A stretch of DNA of 64,000 nucleotides from an uncultured Solirubrobacterales bacterium (GTDB lineage: Bacteria; Actinomycetota; Thermoleophilia; Solirubrobacterales; Solirubrobacteraceae), in contig CAVYDI010000001.1 in assembly GCA_963767295.1 (NCBI GenBank), positions 47,820-111,819 on the forward strand. The letters are read 5' to 3'. This document shows, piece by piece, positions 10,464 through 24,281 of this stretch (positions within the stretch are counted from its first letter, which is position 1; the number at the start of each line of letters is the position of its first letter). Below the pieces are notes generated by a model that did no database searches, had not been told where the DNA came from, and was given only the letters and a program-made list of their open reading frames with translations. The translations under genes and the position numbers were made by a program.

Positions 10464-10652
10464 CGTCCGCGCGTGCCCGGGCCGTGTCAGCGTCCGCGCG
10501 TGCCCGGGCCGTGTCAGCGTCCGCGCGTGCCCGGGCCGTGTCAGCGTCCGCGCGTGCCCGGGCCGTGTCAGCGTCCGCGCGTGCCCGGGCCGTGTCCGCG
10601 CGTCCCGCGGCACGCGTGCCGGGCCGTGTCAGCGTCCGCGCGTGCCCGGGCC
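10464..10652. repeat. 27-bp tandem repeat (VNTR) covering the gltD stop codon
   Basis: Unit cgtccgcgcgtgcccgggccgtgtcag: 4 perfect copies 10464..10571, then partial and degenerate copies; no spacers. Confidence 0.95.
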
Positions 10653-12203
10653 GCTGAAGAACTCCTCCCCCGGTCGCACGGTGCCGGCTGCTTCGGCCTC
10701 GTGGCGCAGCGTGCGATCTGCCTCGCCGCTCCACGCACCGAGCGCGAGCATTTCCCGGTCGGCGTCCATCGGGCTTCCTCCCAAGTCTTTGTTCACCACA
10801 CGTGCGCACTTGCGCCCCTCGGCGATCGCGGTCACGATCAGCGACTGGCCAATGCGCGCATCGCCGCAGGCGTAGACGCGGTCGACCGAGGCGCGATACG
10901 TCTGGCGCGTGCGAATGTTGCCGCGGCGATCGAGCTCAAGCGCGAGCTCCTCGACCAGCCCCTCGTGCTCAGGATGCTCGAACCCGATCGCGATCAGAAC
11001 GACGTCAGCCTCGAGCACGAACTCGCTACCGGGAACGGGCGTCAGATCGAGGGAGGACGTCCCGGTTACACGCCGGGCATACACGTGCGAGACGCGCCCA
11101 TTCTTGCCACCGAAGCCCGTGACCTCGGTTCCCCACCATCGTCTGCCGCCCTCGTCGAGGGCGTAGGTCGTCGGCGTGCGCTTTGGCGGCAAGGGCCAGG
11201 GATGACGGGGATCGAGGCCGCCGGCGCCGAGCTCCTGGTAGACGTCGAGCATCGTCACGCTGTGAGCTCCTTCGCGGTGGGAGTTAGAGATGCAGTCCAT
11301 GCCGGTGTCGCCGCCACCGACTACGACCACCCGCTTGCCCTCGGCACTGATCTCCTTGCCCGGCTCGGGCGGCCTTGACGCACGACCTTCCTCCGCCGCG
11401 ACCCACCGGTTGCGCTGGTACAGGTACGACATCGCGAAGTGGATGCCCGCCAACTCGCGCCCCGGCGCGTCGATGTTGCGGTGAACGCGCGATCCGATCG
11501 AGACGACGATCGCGTCACATTGTTCGCGCAGTTCCGCCGCCGTTATGTCGCGCCCGACGTCAACCCCGTAGACAAACTCGATGCCCTCTTCGCTGAGAAT
11601 GTCGACGCGGCGGTCGATGACTCGCTTCTCGAGCTTTGCGTCCGGCACGCCGAAGCGCATCAAGCCCCCCGGGCCCTCGTCGCGCTCGTACACGGTCACC
11701 TCGTGACCGCAGCGGTTCAGCTCATCGGCGGCGGCGAGTCCCGCGGGTCCCGAGCCGACCACGGCGACGCGTTTGCCGGTGCGGCGGTCCGGGGGATCAG
11801 GAACGATCCACCCCTCCTCGAACGCGCGCTCCGCGATCGCCATCTCGATCTGCTCGATCGTGACCGGGTCGTCATTGATGGCGAGCACGCACGCTGACTC
11901 GCACGGAGCGGGGCAAATCCGCCCGGTGAACTCGGGGAAGTTGTTGGTCGCGTGTAGCTGGTCGATCGCCTCGCGCCACTTGTCGCGATAGACCAAATCG
12001 TTCCAGTCGGGGATTAGGTTGCCGAGCGGGCAACCTTCGTGACAGAAGGGGATGCCGCAGTCCATGCAGCGCGCGCCCTGGCGGCGCAGCTCCTCGTCAG
12101 GCTGCAGCCCGAAGTACTGCCGGAAGTCGTGCACGCGCTCGTGCGGGTCGCGCTTGTCGAACCCGACCCGGTGGATCTTCAGAAAGCCGCCCAGCTCGCC
12201 CAT
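10629..12203 (-). CDS. gltD: Glutamate synthase small subunit
   Basis: MGELGGFLK start; RCMDCGIPFCH.GCPLGNLIPDWN, GRICPAPCE, GSGPAGL, GGGDTGMDC, VYACGD. Confidence 0.96.
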   Translation of the reverse strand: MGELGGFLKIHRVGFDKRDPHERVHDFRQYFGLQPDEELRRQGARCMDCGIPFCHEGCPLGNLIPDWNDLVYRDKWREAIDQLHATNNFPEFTGRICPAPCESACVLAINDDPVTIEQIEMAIAERAFEEGWIVPDPPDRRTGKRVAVVGSGPAGLAAADELNRCGHEVTVYERDEGPGGLMRFGVPDAKLEKRVIDRRVDILSEEGIEFVYGVDVGRDITAAELREQCDAIVVSIGSRVHRNIDAPGRELAGIHFAMSYLYQRNRWVAAEEGRASRPPEPGKEISAEGKRVVVVGGGDTGMDCISNSHREGAHSVTMLDVYQELGAGGLDPRHPWPLPPKRTPTTYALDEGGRRWWGTEVTGFGGKNGRVSHVYARRVTGTSSLDLTPVPGSEFVLEADVVLIAIGFEHPEHEGLVEELALELDRRGNIRTRQTYRASVDRVYACGDARIGQSLIVTAIAEGRKCARVVNKDLGGSPMDADREMLALGAWSGEADRTLRHEAEAAGTVRPGEEFFSGPGTRGR

Positions 12204-12338
12204 GGGGCAGCGCAGCGTAGCAACGGCGTTCCTCGCCTCCGCCGCGCACCGAACACCACCGCGCGCGCCCCGCAAGACTGCGGACAAGAGCGCCGCCGCA
12301 GCCTTGCTTTCTTTCGGTCCGCTGCATAGCATCCGGCC

Positions 12339-13732
12339 ATGGGCTGGAAGGGGCGAGCCGCTCTGCGACCGGTAGGCGTGCTCGTCGTGCTGGGCGTGCT
12401 TGGAGCTTTCCAGGGCGCGGCCGTCGCCAACAGTCCGGCCGGCCCCACGGTCACGCTTCACGCGTCGCCGCAAAACATCCACGCCGGCAACAAGGTCACG
12501 CTCACGGGCCACGTGACCAACGCGCCGTCGGGCAGCAAGGTGAAGCTCTACCGGCGGCCGTTCCCCTACAACAAACCCCACCTGATGGCGACGCTGACGC
12601 CGAGTAGCACGGGTGGTGCGTTCACGTTCAAGACCGCGCCCCAGCGCAACACGCAGTACGTGGCGCGAGTGACGAAAACCTCGGCCAGCGCGATGACAAA
12701 GGTAGGAGTGTTCGGTGGACTCAAGATCAAGGTGCAGGCGCTCCCGCTCGGGCGCGCCGGGATCACGATCATCTTGCATCACCCGGCCGACCTGCACTGG
12801 AGCGGCACCAAAGTGAGGTGGTTCTTCAAGACCAGCGCCCACCCCACCTTCTACGAGGCGCCGTCGACCCAGACGAAACGTCTGAACGCGAAGACGACCG
12901 AGCTGCACAAGGTCGCAGCCCTGCCGGCGGGCAAGTTCCGCTGGCGCGTTTGTTTCTTCGTGCCGGGCGAGCACGCATTGCTCAACACCCGCCGCCCGCC
13001 CGGCTGCCACGACCGGGGCTACTACGGCAACGGCTCGCTCCCGGCCGGCTTCCCCGGACCCGGCGCGATTTCGCACGCGATTCATTTCGAGGCTGGGCGC
13101 ATCGGCCGCACCTCATTCGCGGTAATGGACAGCGAAGGCCGTCTGCACGGTCGCAACATCCATTACCGCTATCGGTCGGCGAGCGTCGTCAAGGCGATGT
13201 TGCTGGTCGCCTACCTGCGCCGCAAGCAGTCGCTCGGCCAGCACACCATCACCTCGTACGACCGCTCGATCCTGGACCCAATGATCGAGGTCTCCGACAA
13301 CAACGCCGCCACGCGCTGCTGGCAGATCGTCGGTGACCCGCGCCTCTACGCGCTCGCCCACGCGGCCCACATGACCGACTTCTCAATCGTCGGCATCTGG
13401 GCCAACGCGATGATCAGCGCCGGCCGATCAGGCGCGCTACTTCTTCGAGATGGACTCGCTGATCCCGCACGAGTTCGTCGGCTATGCCAACTACCTGCTC
13501 TCACACATCGTCGTCCTACGAGAGTTGGGGAATCCCCGCGGTCGCCCGTCCGCGCGGCTACCAGGTCTGGTTCAAGGGCGGCTGGATCCCGCCTTACCTC
13601 GTGCACCAGGCGGCCCGCCTTGAAGGTCACGGCCATCGTTTCGCGATGGCCGTCATGACCGACGGCGACCCCTCCTTCAGCTACGGCATCGGCACGATTC
13701 AGGGCGTGGCAAGCGCACTGCTCGGCGGCTAG
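12339..13732 (+). CDS. Secreted class A beta-lactamase-like serine hydrolase with N-terminal Ig-like domains; two apparent frameshifts (~13420, ~13515)
   Basis: SVVK (SxxK), SDN and FKGGW motifs; C-terminus lies in ORF 13484..13732. Confidence 0.8.
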
Positions 13733-13800
13733 CGCCGCGCCAATCCTTGAGCCGGGTGGTCCGCCGGTATACGGTCGCAATACCCACCAAGGAGGGCGAC

Positions 13801-14097
13801 TTGCCGACTTACATCGTGATCAGCGACTGGACCGAGCAGGGGGTCGCGAAGTTCAAAGACACCGTCGAACGCTACGAGTCCGCCGGACGGAGCGCGGCGG
13901 AGGAGCTCGGCGTCAGCTTCAAGGACATTTACTGGACCTTGGGCGCACACGACATGGTTTGCATCGTCGACGCGCCCGACGACGAGACGCTGGCGGCGGT
14001 GCTCCTGAAGCAGGCTTCTTTGGGCAACTTCCGCACCACGACGATGCGGGCGCTGTCTGCGGATGAGATGAAAGCGGTGATCGCAAAGGCGGGTTAG
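13801..14097 (+). CDS. GYD-domain protein
   Basis: AAGGAGG RBS then TTG; MPTYIVISDWTEQG..., YWTLGAHD, G..RTTTMRA. Confidence 0.85.
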   Translation: MPTYIVISDWTEQGVAKFKDTVERYESAGRSAAEELGVSFKDIYWTLGAHDMVCIVDAPDDETLAAVLLKQASLGNFRTTTMRALSADEMKAVIAKAG

Positions 14098-14141
14098 CCG
14101 GCAGCGGTCGTGCGCCGAACCACCGACCCGCGCCCCGCGAC

Positions 14142-18683
<4,542 letters not shown>

Positions 18684-18769
18684 GAGAGATGGTTTGCGGT
18701 AGCCAGCAAGGGCACAGCGGGCCGCACAGCGTACCAGCGGGAGATGGCTGCAAAGCGCCTACGGCGTGG

Positions 18770-19240
18770 TCAATGCACGATGGCCAGGCTGTGTTCCGCG
18801 CCCGGTCCCGAGCCGATCGCCGTCGCCTTGTTGCCCGGGGGGAGCATCACCGTGACCGGGATGTGGCTGTTGGGGCTGGTGGACCCATCGCCGAGCTGGC
18901 CATTGATGTTGACGCCCCAGGCCAGCACCGCGCCCGTGGAGGTGAGGGCCAGGCTGTGGGCTGTACCGGCCGCCACCCTCCTGGCCTTGGTGCCCTTTGG
19001 CAGCTTCACCGTGACCGGGACGTTGCTACCGCTGCTGGTGGACCCATTGCCAAGCTGACCATCGGAGTTGGCGCCCCAGGCCAGCACCGGGTCGGTCCCG
19101 GCGCTGCTCGCAGCCCCGCCGGGAGCGGCAAGGACGAAAAATCCGCATACGACCAGTACCACAGCGCCCGCCCGCGGCGGGATCGCGACTTGCACGCTCG
19201 CCCTCACTTTCTTCCCCCTCCGGATGCCCTTGTGAAACAT
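18770..19240 (-). CDS. Short secreted RCC1-repeat protein (two repeats)
   Basis: Two VLAWG.N..GQLG.G....VPVTV...HSLA units after a hydrophobic signal. Confidence 0.75.
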   Translation of the reverse strand: MFHKGIRRGKKVRASVQVAIPPRAGAVVLVVCGFFVLAAPGGAASSAGTDPVLAWGANSDGQLGNGSTSSGSNVPVTVKLPKGTKARRVAAGTAHSLALTSTGAVLAWGVNINGQLGDGSTSPNSHIPVTVMLPPGNKATAIGSGPGAEHSLAIVH

Positions 19241-19264
19241 GAGCCTACCTATAGTCGCCTCACC

Positions 19265-19663
19265 ATGAAAGCGAAGCTCATGGCCCTATCGGCGGTGCTC
19301 ACCGCGCTCTCGATCGCGGCGGCGGCCAGCGCGTCCACCGGCTCCGACCACGCGCCGCCGAAGTTCGCCGGGCTCGAGACGGCGACCCAGTGCATCCCCG
19401 GCCCACAGCGCCCGCACGAGAAGCGGCCCGTCAACCTCAGCTGGGACGCCGCGAGGCCCTCGAACGAGATCGTCTACGAGATCTTCATGGCAAAGAAGCC
19501 GGGAGGCGAGAACTTCGCGCAGCCGAACTGGACGACGCACAAGCTCAGCTTCACGACGCCCAAGCTCGCCCCAGGCCGCTACTTCGTGGTCCGCGCCCGC
19601 GACCGAGCGGGCAAAGAGGACCACAATTTCGTCGAAAGGCGCGCACAGAACCCCTGCGTCTGA
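19265..19663 (+). CDS. Small secreted fibronectin type III-like protein
   Basis: MKAKLMALS signal peptide; LSWDAA, YEIF and YFVVRARD.AG.ED.N pattern. Confidence 0.7.
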   Translation: MKAKLMALSAVLTALSIAAAASASTGSDHAPPKFAGLETATQCIPGPQRPHEKRPVNLSWDAARPSNEIVYEIFMAKKPGGENFAQPNWTTHKLSFTTPKLAPGRYFVVRARDRAGKEDHNFVERRAQNPCV

Positions 19664-19676
19664 TATAGGTGGCGCC

Positions 19677-21191
19677 GTGACTCTGGGGCGAGCGGTAGCC
19701 ACGGTGGGCGCGGTGGCTGCGCTGACGACCGGCGCCGCGTACGCCGGTTCAACTGCGCCGGCCGGTTCGGTCCATCAGGCATCAGGAAAAAACGGCTGCT
19801 ACACGGCGGACGGCTCGAGCGAGGCGGGGCCGGGAACATGCCACAACATCCGCGGCGGCAGTGAGTCGACCACTCTTGTGGTCAGCCCTGATGGACGCAA
19901 CGCGTACTTGGACGGCTACGGGACAAGCACACCCAAGGTTCCGCCGATACTGGCCGTCTTCCGCCGCAACGCCAAGAACGGCACGCTCAATCAACTGCCC
20001 GGCAAGAGCGGCTGTTTCTCTTCGAATGGCAAGAGCGAGGACGGTCCGAACACCTGCACCAAGGCCCGCGACCTCGACTCCGGGGACGCCACCTCAATCG
20101 CGATCTCCCGCGATGGACGTTACGTCTACGTCGCCTCGCAATACGGCAACGCCGGCGGGATCGCGATCTTCGCGCGCAACTTGAAGACCGGAAAGCTCAC
20201 CCAACTCGGCGGCAAGGCCGGCTGCGTGACGGCCATCAAATACAAGGGCTGCGCCGTCGCGCGCGAGGTTGACGACACGTCGAACGTGCACATAACGCCC
20301 GACCAGAAATACCTCTATGCCTCCAACTACGACAGCGCGCCACAAAGCGGGATCGCGATCTTCAGACGCGACGCGAAGACCGGCGCACTCCAGCAGCTCA
20401 ATGGCCCGAACGGCTGCATCACAACAAACGGCACCACAGCTCAGAGCGGCACACACAAGGTCTGCCGAGCAATGCACAATCTGAGCGCCCCTTGGGACGT
20501 CGCGACGCCGGACAACCACTTCGTCTACATCCCCGCCGCGACCTCCGGAGGTACGGGAACGAACCTCGTCCAAGCCTTCAAGCGCAACTCGGCGGGCGCG
20601 CTCGTGCCGCTAAAGGGCAAGCGCAGCTGCGTCTCTGATGACGGCACCAGCCCGGCTGGCCCATGCGTCCACGGCCGCGGACTGACCCGGCCCGAACGCG
20701 CGGTACCGTCGAAGAACGGGCGCTTCCTTTACATCAACAGCTATGGAGAGGGCACCGGCATCCAGTCGCCGGTCGCCGTTTTGAACCGCAACCCGAAGAC
20801 CGGCCTGCTCTCGCAGCGCAAAGGCCCGTCAGCTTGCATCAGCGCCGACGGCACAACCGGTGATGGTGCGAGCTGTCAGGACGGTCGCGCGCTCGACGGC
20901 GGCTACGCCGGCGTGCTCTCCCCCGATGGGCGCACGCTGTATTACGCCGAAGGCGGCGCCGACGGATTCGCCATCTTCCGGGTGTCGCCGTCCACCGGCG
21001 CCATCTCGCAGCTTGCCGGCAAGTTCGGCTGCGTGACCAAGGACGGCTCGAGCGAGGACGGCCCGGACACCTGCCAGCAAGGAAGAGCCGTCGCGGGCGC
21101 CTACCAGGTGGCGCTGGGCTCAAACGGGCGTGACGTCTACGTGGCTGGCGACGACGACAACGGCGAAGCGCTCTTCTACGCCCGCAGATGA
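19677..21191 (+). CDS. Secreted lactonase/YncE-like beta-propeller with Cys-paired loops
   Basis: Repeated SPDGR..Y / ISRDGRYVYVA blades alternating with QL.GK.GC...C loops. Confidence 0.8.
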   Translation: MTLGRAVATVGAVAALTTGAAYAGSTAPAGSVHQASGKNGCYTADGSSEAGPGTCHNIRGGSESTTLVVSPDGRNAYLDGYGTSTPKVPPILAVFRRNAKNGTLNQLPGKSGCFSSNGKSEDGPNTCTKARDLDSGDATSIAISRDGRYVYVASQYGNAGGIAIFARNLKTGKLTQLGGKAGCVTAIKYKGCAVAREVDDTSNVHITPDQKYLYASNYDSAPQSGIAIFRRDAKTGALQQLNGPNGCITTNGTTAQSGTHKVCRAMHNLSAPWDVATPDNHFVYIPAATSGGTGTNLVQAFKRNSAGALVPLKGKRSCVSDDGTSPAGPCVHGRGLTRPERAVPSKNGRFLYINSYGEGTGIQSPVAVLNRNPKTGLLSQRKGPSACISADGTTGDGASCQDGRALDGGYAGVLSPDGRTLYYAEGGADGFAIFRVSPSTGAISQLAGKFGCVTKDGSSEDGPDTCQQGRAVAGAYQVALGSNGRDVYVAGDDDNGEALFYARR

Positions 21192-22687
21192 ACAGGCACC
21201 GGGGGCGTATTGCTGCAACCTTGGGCGCGGTGACTGCGCTGGCCACTGCCGCGGGCGCATACGCCACCTCGAGCGCCCCAGCCGGCTCCCTCCACCAGGC
21301 GCCTGGCAAGAACGGCTGCTACACCGAGGACGGCCAGAACGGTTGTCATACGGTTCGCGGGGCGACGGGCGCCGACAGCCTTGCGATCAGTCCCGACGGC
21401 CGCTTCGCCTACATCGACGGGTATGGAGGCAACGGCACGAGCGCCCTGCCGGCGCTCGCCGCGCTGAAGCGCAATCCAAAAACCGGAACGCTTAGCCAGC
21501 TCCCCGGCAAGAGCGGCTGCTTCTCCCGGGATGGTGGGAGCGAGGACGGCCCGAATACTTGCACGAAGGCACGCGACCTTGGCAGCGGCGACGCCACCTC
21601 GGTCGCGATCGCGAGCGACGGACGCTTCTTGTACGTGGCTTCGCAGCTCCGCTCCGGCACGAATGTGGACATTGGCGGGGTCGCAGTCTTCGCCCGCAAC
21701 CTCAAGACTGGGAAGCTGCGCCAACTCAAGGGCACGTCGGGGTGCGTTACCGCCGTCTCATACAAGGGGTGCGCCATCGTCCGTGAGGTCGAGGAGGTCT
21801 CGAACCTCAAGTTCACGCCCGACCACAAGTACCTCTACGCCTCCGACTACAACGGGGCACCCCACAGCGGTATCGCGATCTTCAAAGTGAACCCGAAGAA
21901 CGGCATGCTGCACCAGCTCAAGGGCGTAAACGGCTGCATCTCCACAGACGGCACCACCGCGGCCAGCGGCACGACCAAAGTCTGCCGGGCCGCGGCCAAC
22001 CTCAACTCCCCGTGGGACGTGGTCACCCCGGACAACCGCTTTGCCTATGTCCCCGCCGCGGGTGCTTTCGACCTCGTGCAGGGATTTGAGCGCAACTCCC
22101 AAGGTGGCCTCGTGGCACTCAAGGGCAAGGGGGGTTGCGTTTCCGACTCCGGCTCAAGTCCGGCAGGCGCCTGCGTCAACGGCCGCGGGCTGTCTAACCC
22201 GGAGCGCGCTCTGGCCTCGCCAAACGGCCGCTACCTCTACATCGGCAGCTACGACAGCCCGTCGCCAGTGGCAGTTCTCAACCGCAATCCCAAGAACGGC
22301 ATGCTCTCGCAGCGATCGGGCACGGCCGCCTGCATCAGCCTCGATGGCACCAGCGGCGACGGCGAGACCTGCCGGAACGGGCGCGCGCTGCATGGCGAGT
22401 ACGCGGGCGGGATGGCGCCCGACGGGCGGACCTTCTATTTCCCTGAGTTCAGCTCGAACGCGCTCACGATCTTTCGCGTATCGCCGAAGACCGGCGCCTT
22501 CTTCCAACTGCCGGGTAAGTTCGGCTGCGTCACCCCGGACGGCTCGAGCGAGGAAGGTGCGGGAACGTGCGAGACGGGAAGAGTGACCCAAGGGGCCTAT
22601 CAGGTGGCGCTCGGCTCACAGGGGCGCGACGTCTACCTCTCCGCTCAACAGAGCAACGGCGAAGCGCTCTTCTACGCCCACAAATAA
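21188..22687 (+). CDS. Secreted beta-propeller, tandem paralogue of 19677..21191
   Basis: ATGA overlap with the upstream stop; collinear over the full length. Confidence 0.8.
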   Translation: MNRHRGRIAATLGAVTALATAAGAYATSSAPAGSLHQAPGKNGCYTEDGQNGCHTVRGATGADSLAISPDGRFAYIDGYGGNGTSALPALAALKRNPKTGTLSQLPGKSGCFSRDGGSEDGPNTCTKARDLGSGDATSVAIASDGRFLYVASQLRSGTNVDIGGVAVFARNLKTGKLRQLKGTSGCVTAVSYKGCAIVREVEEVSNLKFTPDHKYLYASDYNGAPHSGIAIFKVNPKNGMLHQLKGVNGCISTDGTTAASGTTKVCRAAANLNSPWDVVTPDNRFAYVPAAGAFDLVQGFERNSQGGLVALKGKGGCVSDSGSSPAGACVNGRGLSNPERALASPNGRYLYIGSYDSPSPVAVLNRNPKNGMLSQRSGTAACISLDGTSGDGETCRNGRALHGEYAGGMAPDGRTFYFPEFSSNALTIFRVSPKTGAFFQLPGKFGCVTPDGSSEEGAGTCETGRVTQGAYQVALGSQGRDVYLSAQQSNGEALFYAHK

Positions 22688-22694
22688 ATAGGAC

Positions 22695-22766
22695 CCGGGC
22701 CGATCATGATCGGCCCGGCCGGCCGGAACATGTTCCGGCCGGGGCCGGCGCACATGTGCGCCGGCC
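22695..22766. repeat. Array of three abutting perfect 24-bp palindromes (CATG-centred)
   Basis: ccgggccgatcatgatcggcccgg | ccggccggaacatgttccggccgg | ggccggcgcacatgtgcgccggcc. Confidence 0.95.
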
Positions 22767-22778
22767 AACAAAAGATGA

Positions 22779-23651
22779 TCAGGCCTTCGCCTTGGCCTTT
22801 GCCTTGCGCGCCGGCGCCTTGGCCTTGCCTGCTTTGCCGTCACGCGCGGCGGGCTTCTTCTGGTCCTCGTCGCCCTGCACGGCCGCCAGGCTCGCCTCGA
22901 GTGCGGCCATCAGGTCGGGCGCCGGCGAGGGTTCCTCGACCTCGGGCTGCACGGTGATCTCCTCGCCCGCCGCCTTGCGCTCGATCAACTCGAGTACGCG
23001 CTCGCGGTAGTCATCGTGAAACTTGGAGGGGTCGAAATCTGCCGACAGCGACTCGATCAGCTGCTCGGCCATGCGTAGCTCGCGCTCGGAGGCCTCGGCC
23101 TCCTCGACCGCATCGAGCTCGTCGAGCCTGTCTGGAGCCACGACCTCGTCGCCGAACAGCATCGTCGACAGCGTGAGCACGTCGCCCGTGGGTCGGAGCG
23201 CGCACAGCTGCTGCTTGGTGCGCAACACGATCCGGCCGATGCCCACCTTGCCCTCCTCGCGCATCGCGTCGAGCAGCAGCCGGTACGCCTTGGCGCCGCC
23301 GGTCGCGGGCGCGAGATAGTAGGAGTGGTCGAAATAGATCGGGTCGATCTCGGCAAGACTCGCGAACTCCTCGATGTCGATCGTCTTGGTCGCCTTGGGA
23401 TCGAGCGCCTCGAGCTCCTCGGATGAGATCAGGACGTAGCGGTCGGGGCTGATCTCATACCCCTTGACGATCTCGTCGTAGGGGACCTCCTCGCCGGTGG
23501 AGGGGTCGACGCGCTGCTGACGGATGCGCGTGCCTGTCTTGCTCGCGATCTGGTGAAAGCGAACGGACTTGGGCGAGGTCGCGCTGTAGAGCTTGACGGG
23601 CACATTGACCAGCCCGAAGCTGATCGCGCCTGACCATATTGCGCGGGGCAT
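22779..23651 (-). CDS. ku: Ku protein (non-homologous end joining)
   Basis: MPRAIWSGAISFGLVNVPVKLY, EIDPIYFD..YYL, DLMAALEASL and basic AK-rich tail. Confidence 0.96.
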   Translation of the reverse strand: MPRAIWSGAISFGLVNVPVKLYSATSPKSVRFHQIASKTGTRIRQQRVDPSTGEEVPYDEIVKGYEISPDRYVLISSEELEALDPKATKTIDIEEFASLAEIDPIYFDHSYYLAPATGGAKAYRLLLDAMREEGKVGIGRIVLRTKQQLCALRPTGDVLTLSTMLFGDEVVAPDRLDELDAVEEAEASERELRMAEQLIESLSADFDPSKFHDDYRERVLELIERKAAGEEITVQPEVEEPSPAPDLMAALEASLAAVQGDEDQKKPAARDGKAGKAKAPARKAKAKAKA

Positions 23652-23714
23652 AAATGGCTGTATATCGAACCGGCGCTACCCCGCAAAGCGCTGAGCGCGG
23701 TCTTGCCGAGGGGT

Positions 23715-24281
23715 CTAGCGGCGTGTTCTGATCTTGGCCGAGACCGGAACCTTGTTCTCTCCCCCGGTCGTAAAGACCGCGTGCGTCCCAGGAAAGAGGT
23801 CTCCGCCCGCGATGCCGGCGACATCGATGGGACTTGAGGTGATGCTTACGCAGTCGCCGCCATTCTCGAATATGCCGATCACCTCGCCCTTCTTGACCGG
23901 GATCTTGGCCTTATAGGTGTTGACGGAATTTGCCGTTTGGGCGCCAGCTTTCGCCTGCGCCATGATCGTGTAGCCGCCGCCCGAGGGGCGAGCGACCTTC
24001 AGCGTGAGACCAGGGACGATTGCCGAGCCGGTCTGGAACGACCAGGACGTGATCACGCCCGCCTTCGGGACTGCATACGTCCTCCCCTTGGCGCCGAGCT
24101 GGAGGACCGTGAGGTCCGGGTTAATACAGGTGGTACTGGGCGTGAACAGCTGCCCGATCGTCACGGTCGCCGCCTGAGCACCTGCAGGCAGCAACAACCC
24201 GATGGCCAAAGTAAATCCTGCGGCGAGCGCCCCTGTACGCCTCACGGGCGCGATGCTCTCAGCCCGCGCCGTGGATGTCAA
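23715..24281 (-). CDS. Secreted hypothetical protein
   Basis: Signal peptide ending AQA; beta-rich mature region. Confidence 0.7.
   Translation of the reverse strand: MTSTARAESIAPVRRTGALAAGFTLAIGLLLPAGAQAATVTIGQLFTPSTTCINPDLTVLQLGAKGRTYAVPKAGVITSWSFQTGSAIVPGLTLKVARPSGGGYTIMAQAKAGAQTANSVNTYKAKIPVKKGEVIGIFENGGDCVSITSSPIDVAGIAGGDLFPGTHAVFTTGGENKVPVSAKIRTRR

Noticed and set aside
10464-10652. CRISPR array
   Set aside because: Units are head-to-tail with no unique spacers, and no cas genes are in the window.
12204-13085. 818-aa extended gltD in the ORF track
   Set aside because: The extension is antisense to the serine hydrolase and Arg-rich; the true start is MGELGG at 12203.
12339-13732. Bona fide beta-lactam resistance gene
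   Set aside because: KGG replaces KTG and the paralogue has SNN; more consistent with an uncharacterised serine hydrolase or peptidoglycan-active enzyme.
22695-22766. CRISPR mini-array or standard intrinsic terminator
   Set aside because: Units are non-identical, have no spacers and have no loop; reported instead as an unexplained palindrome array.
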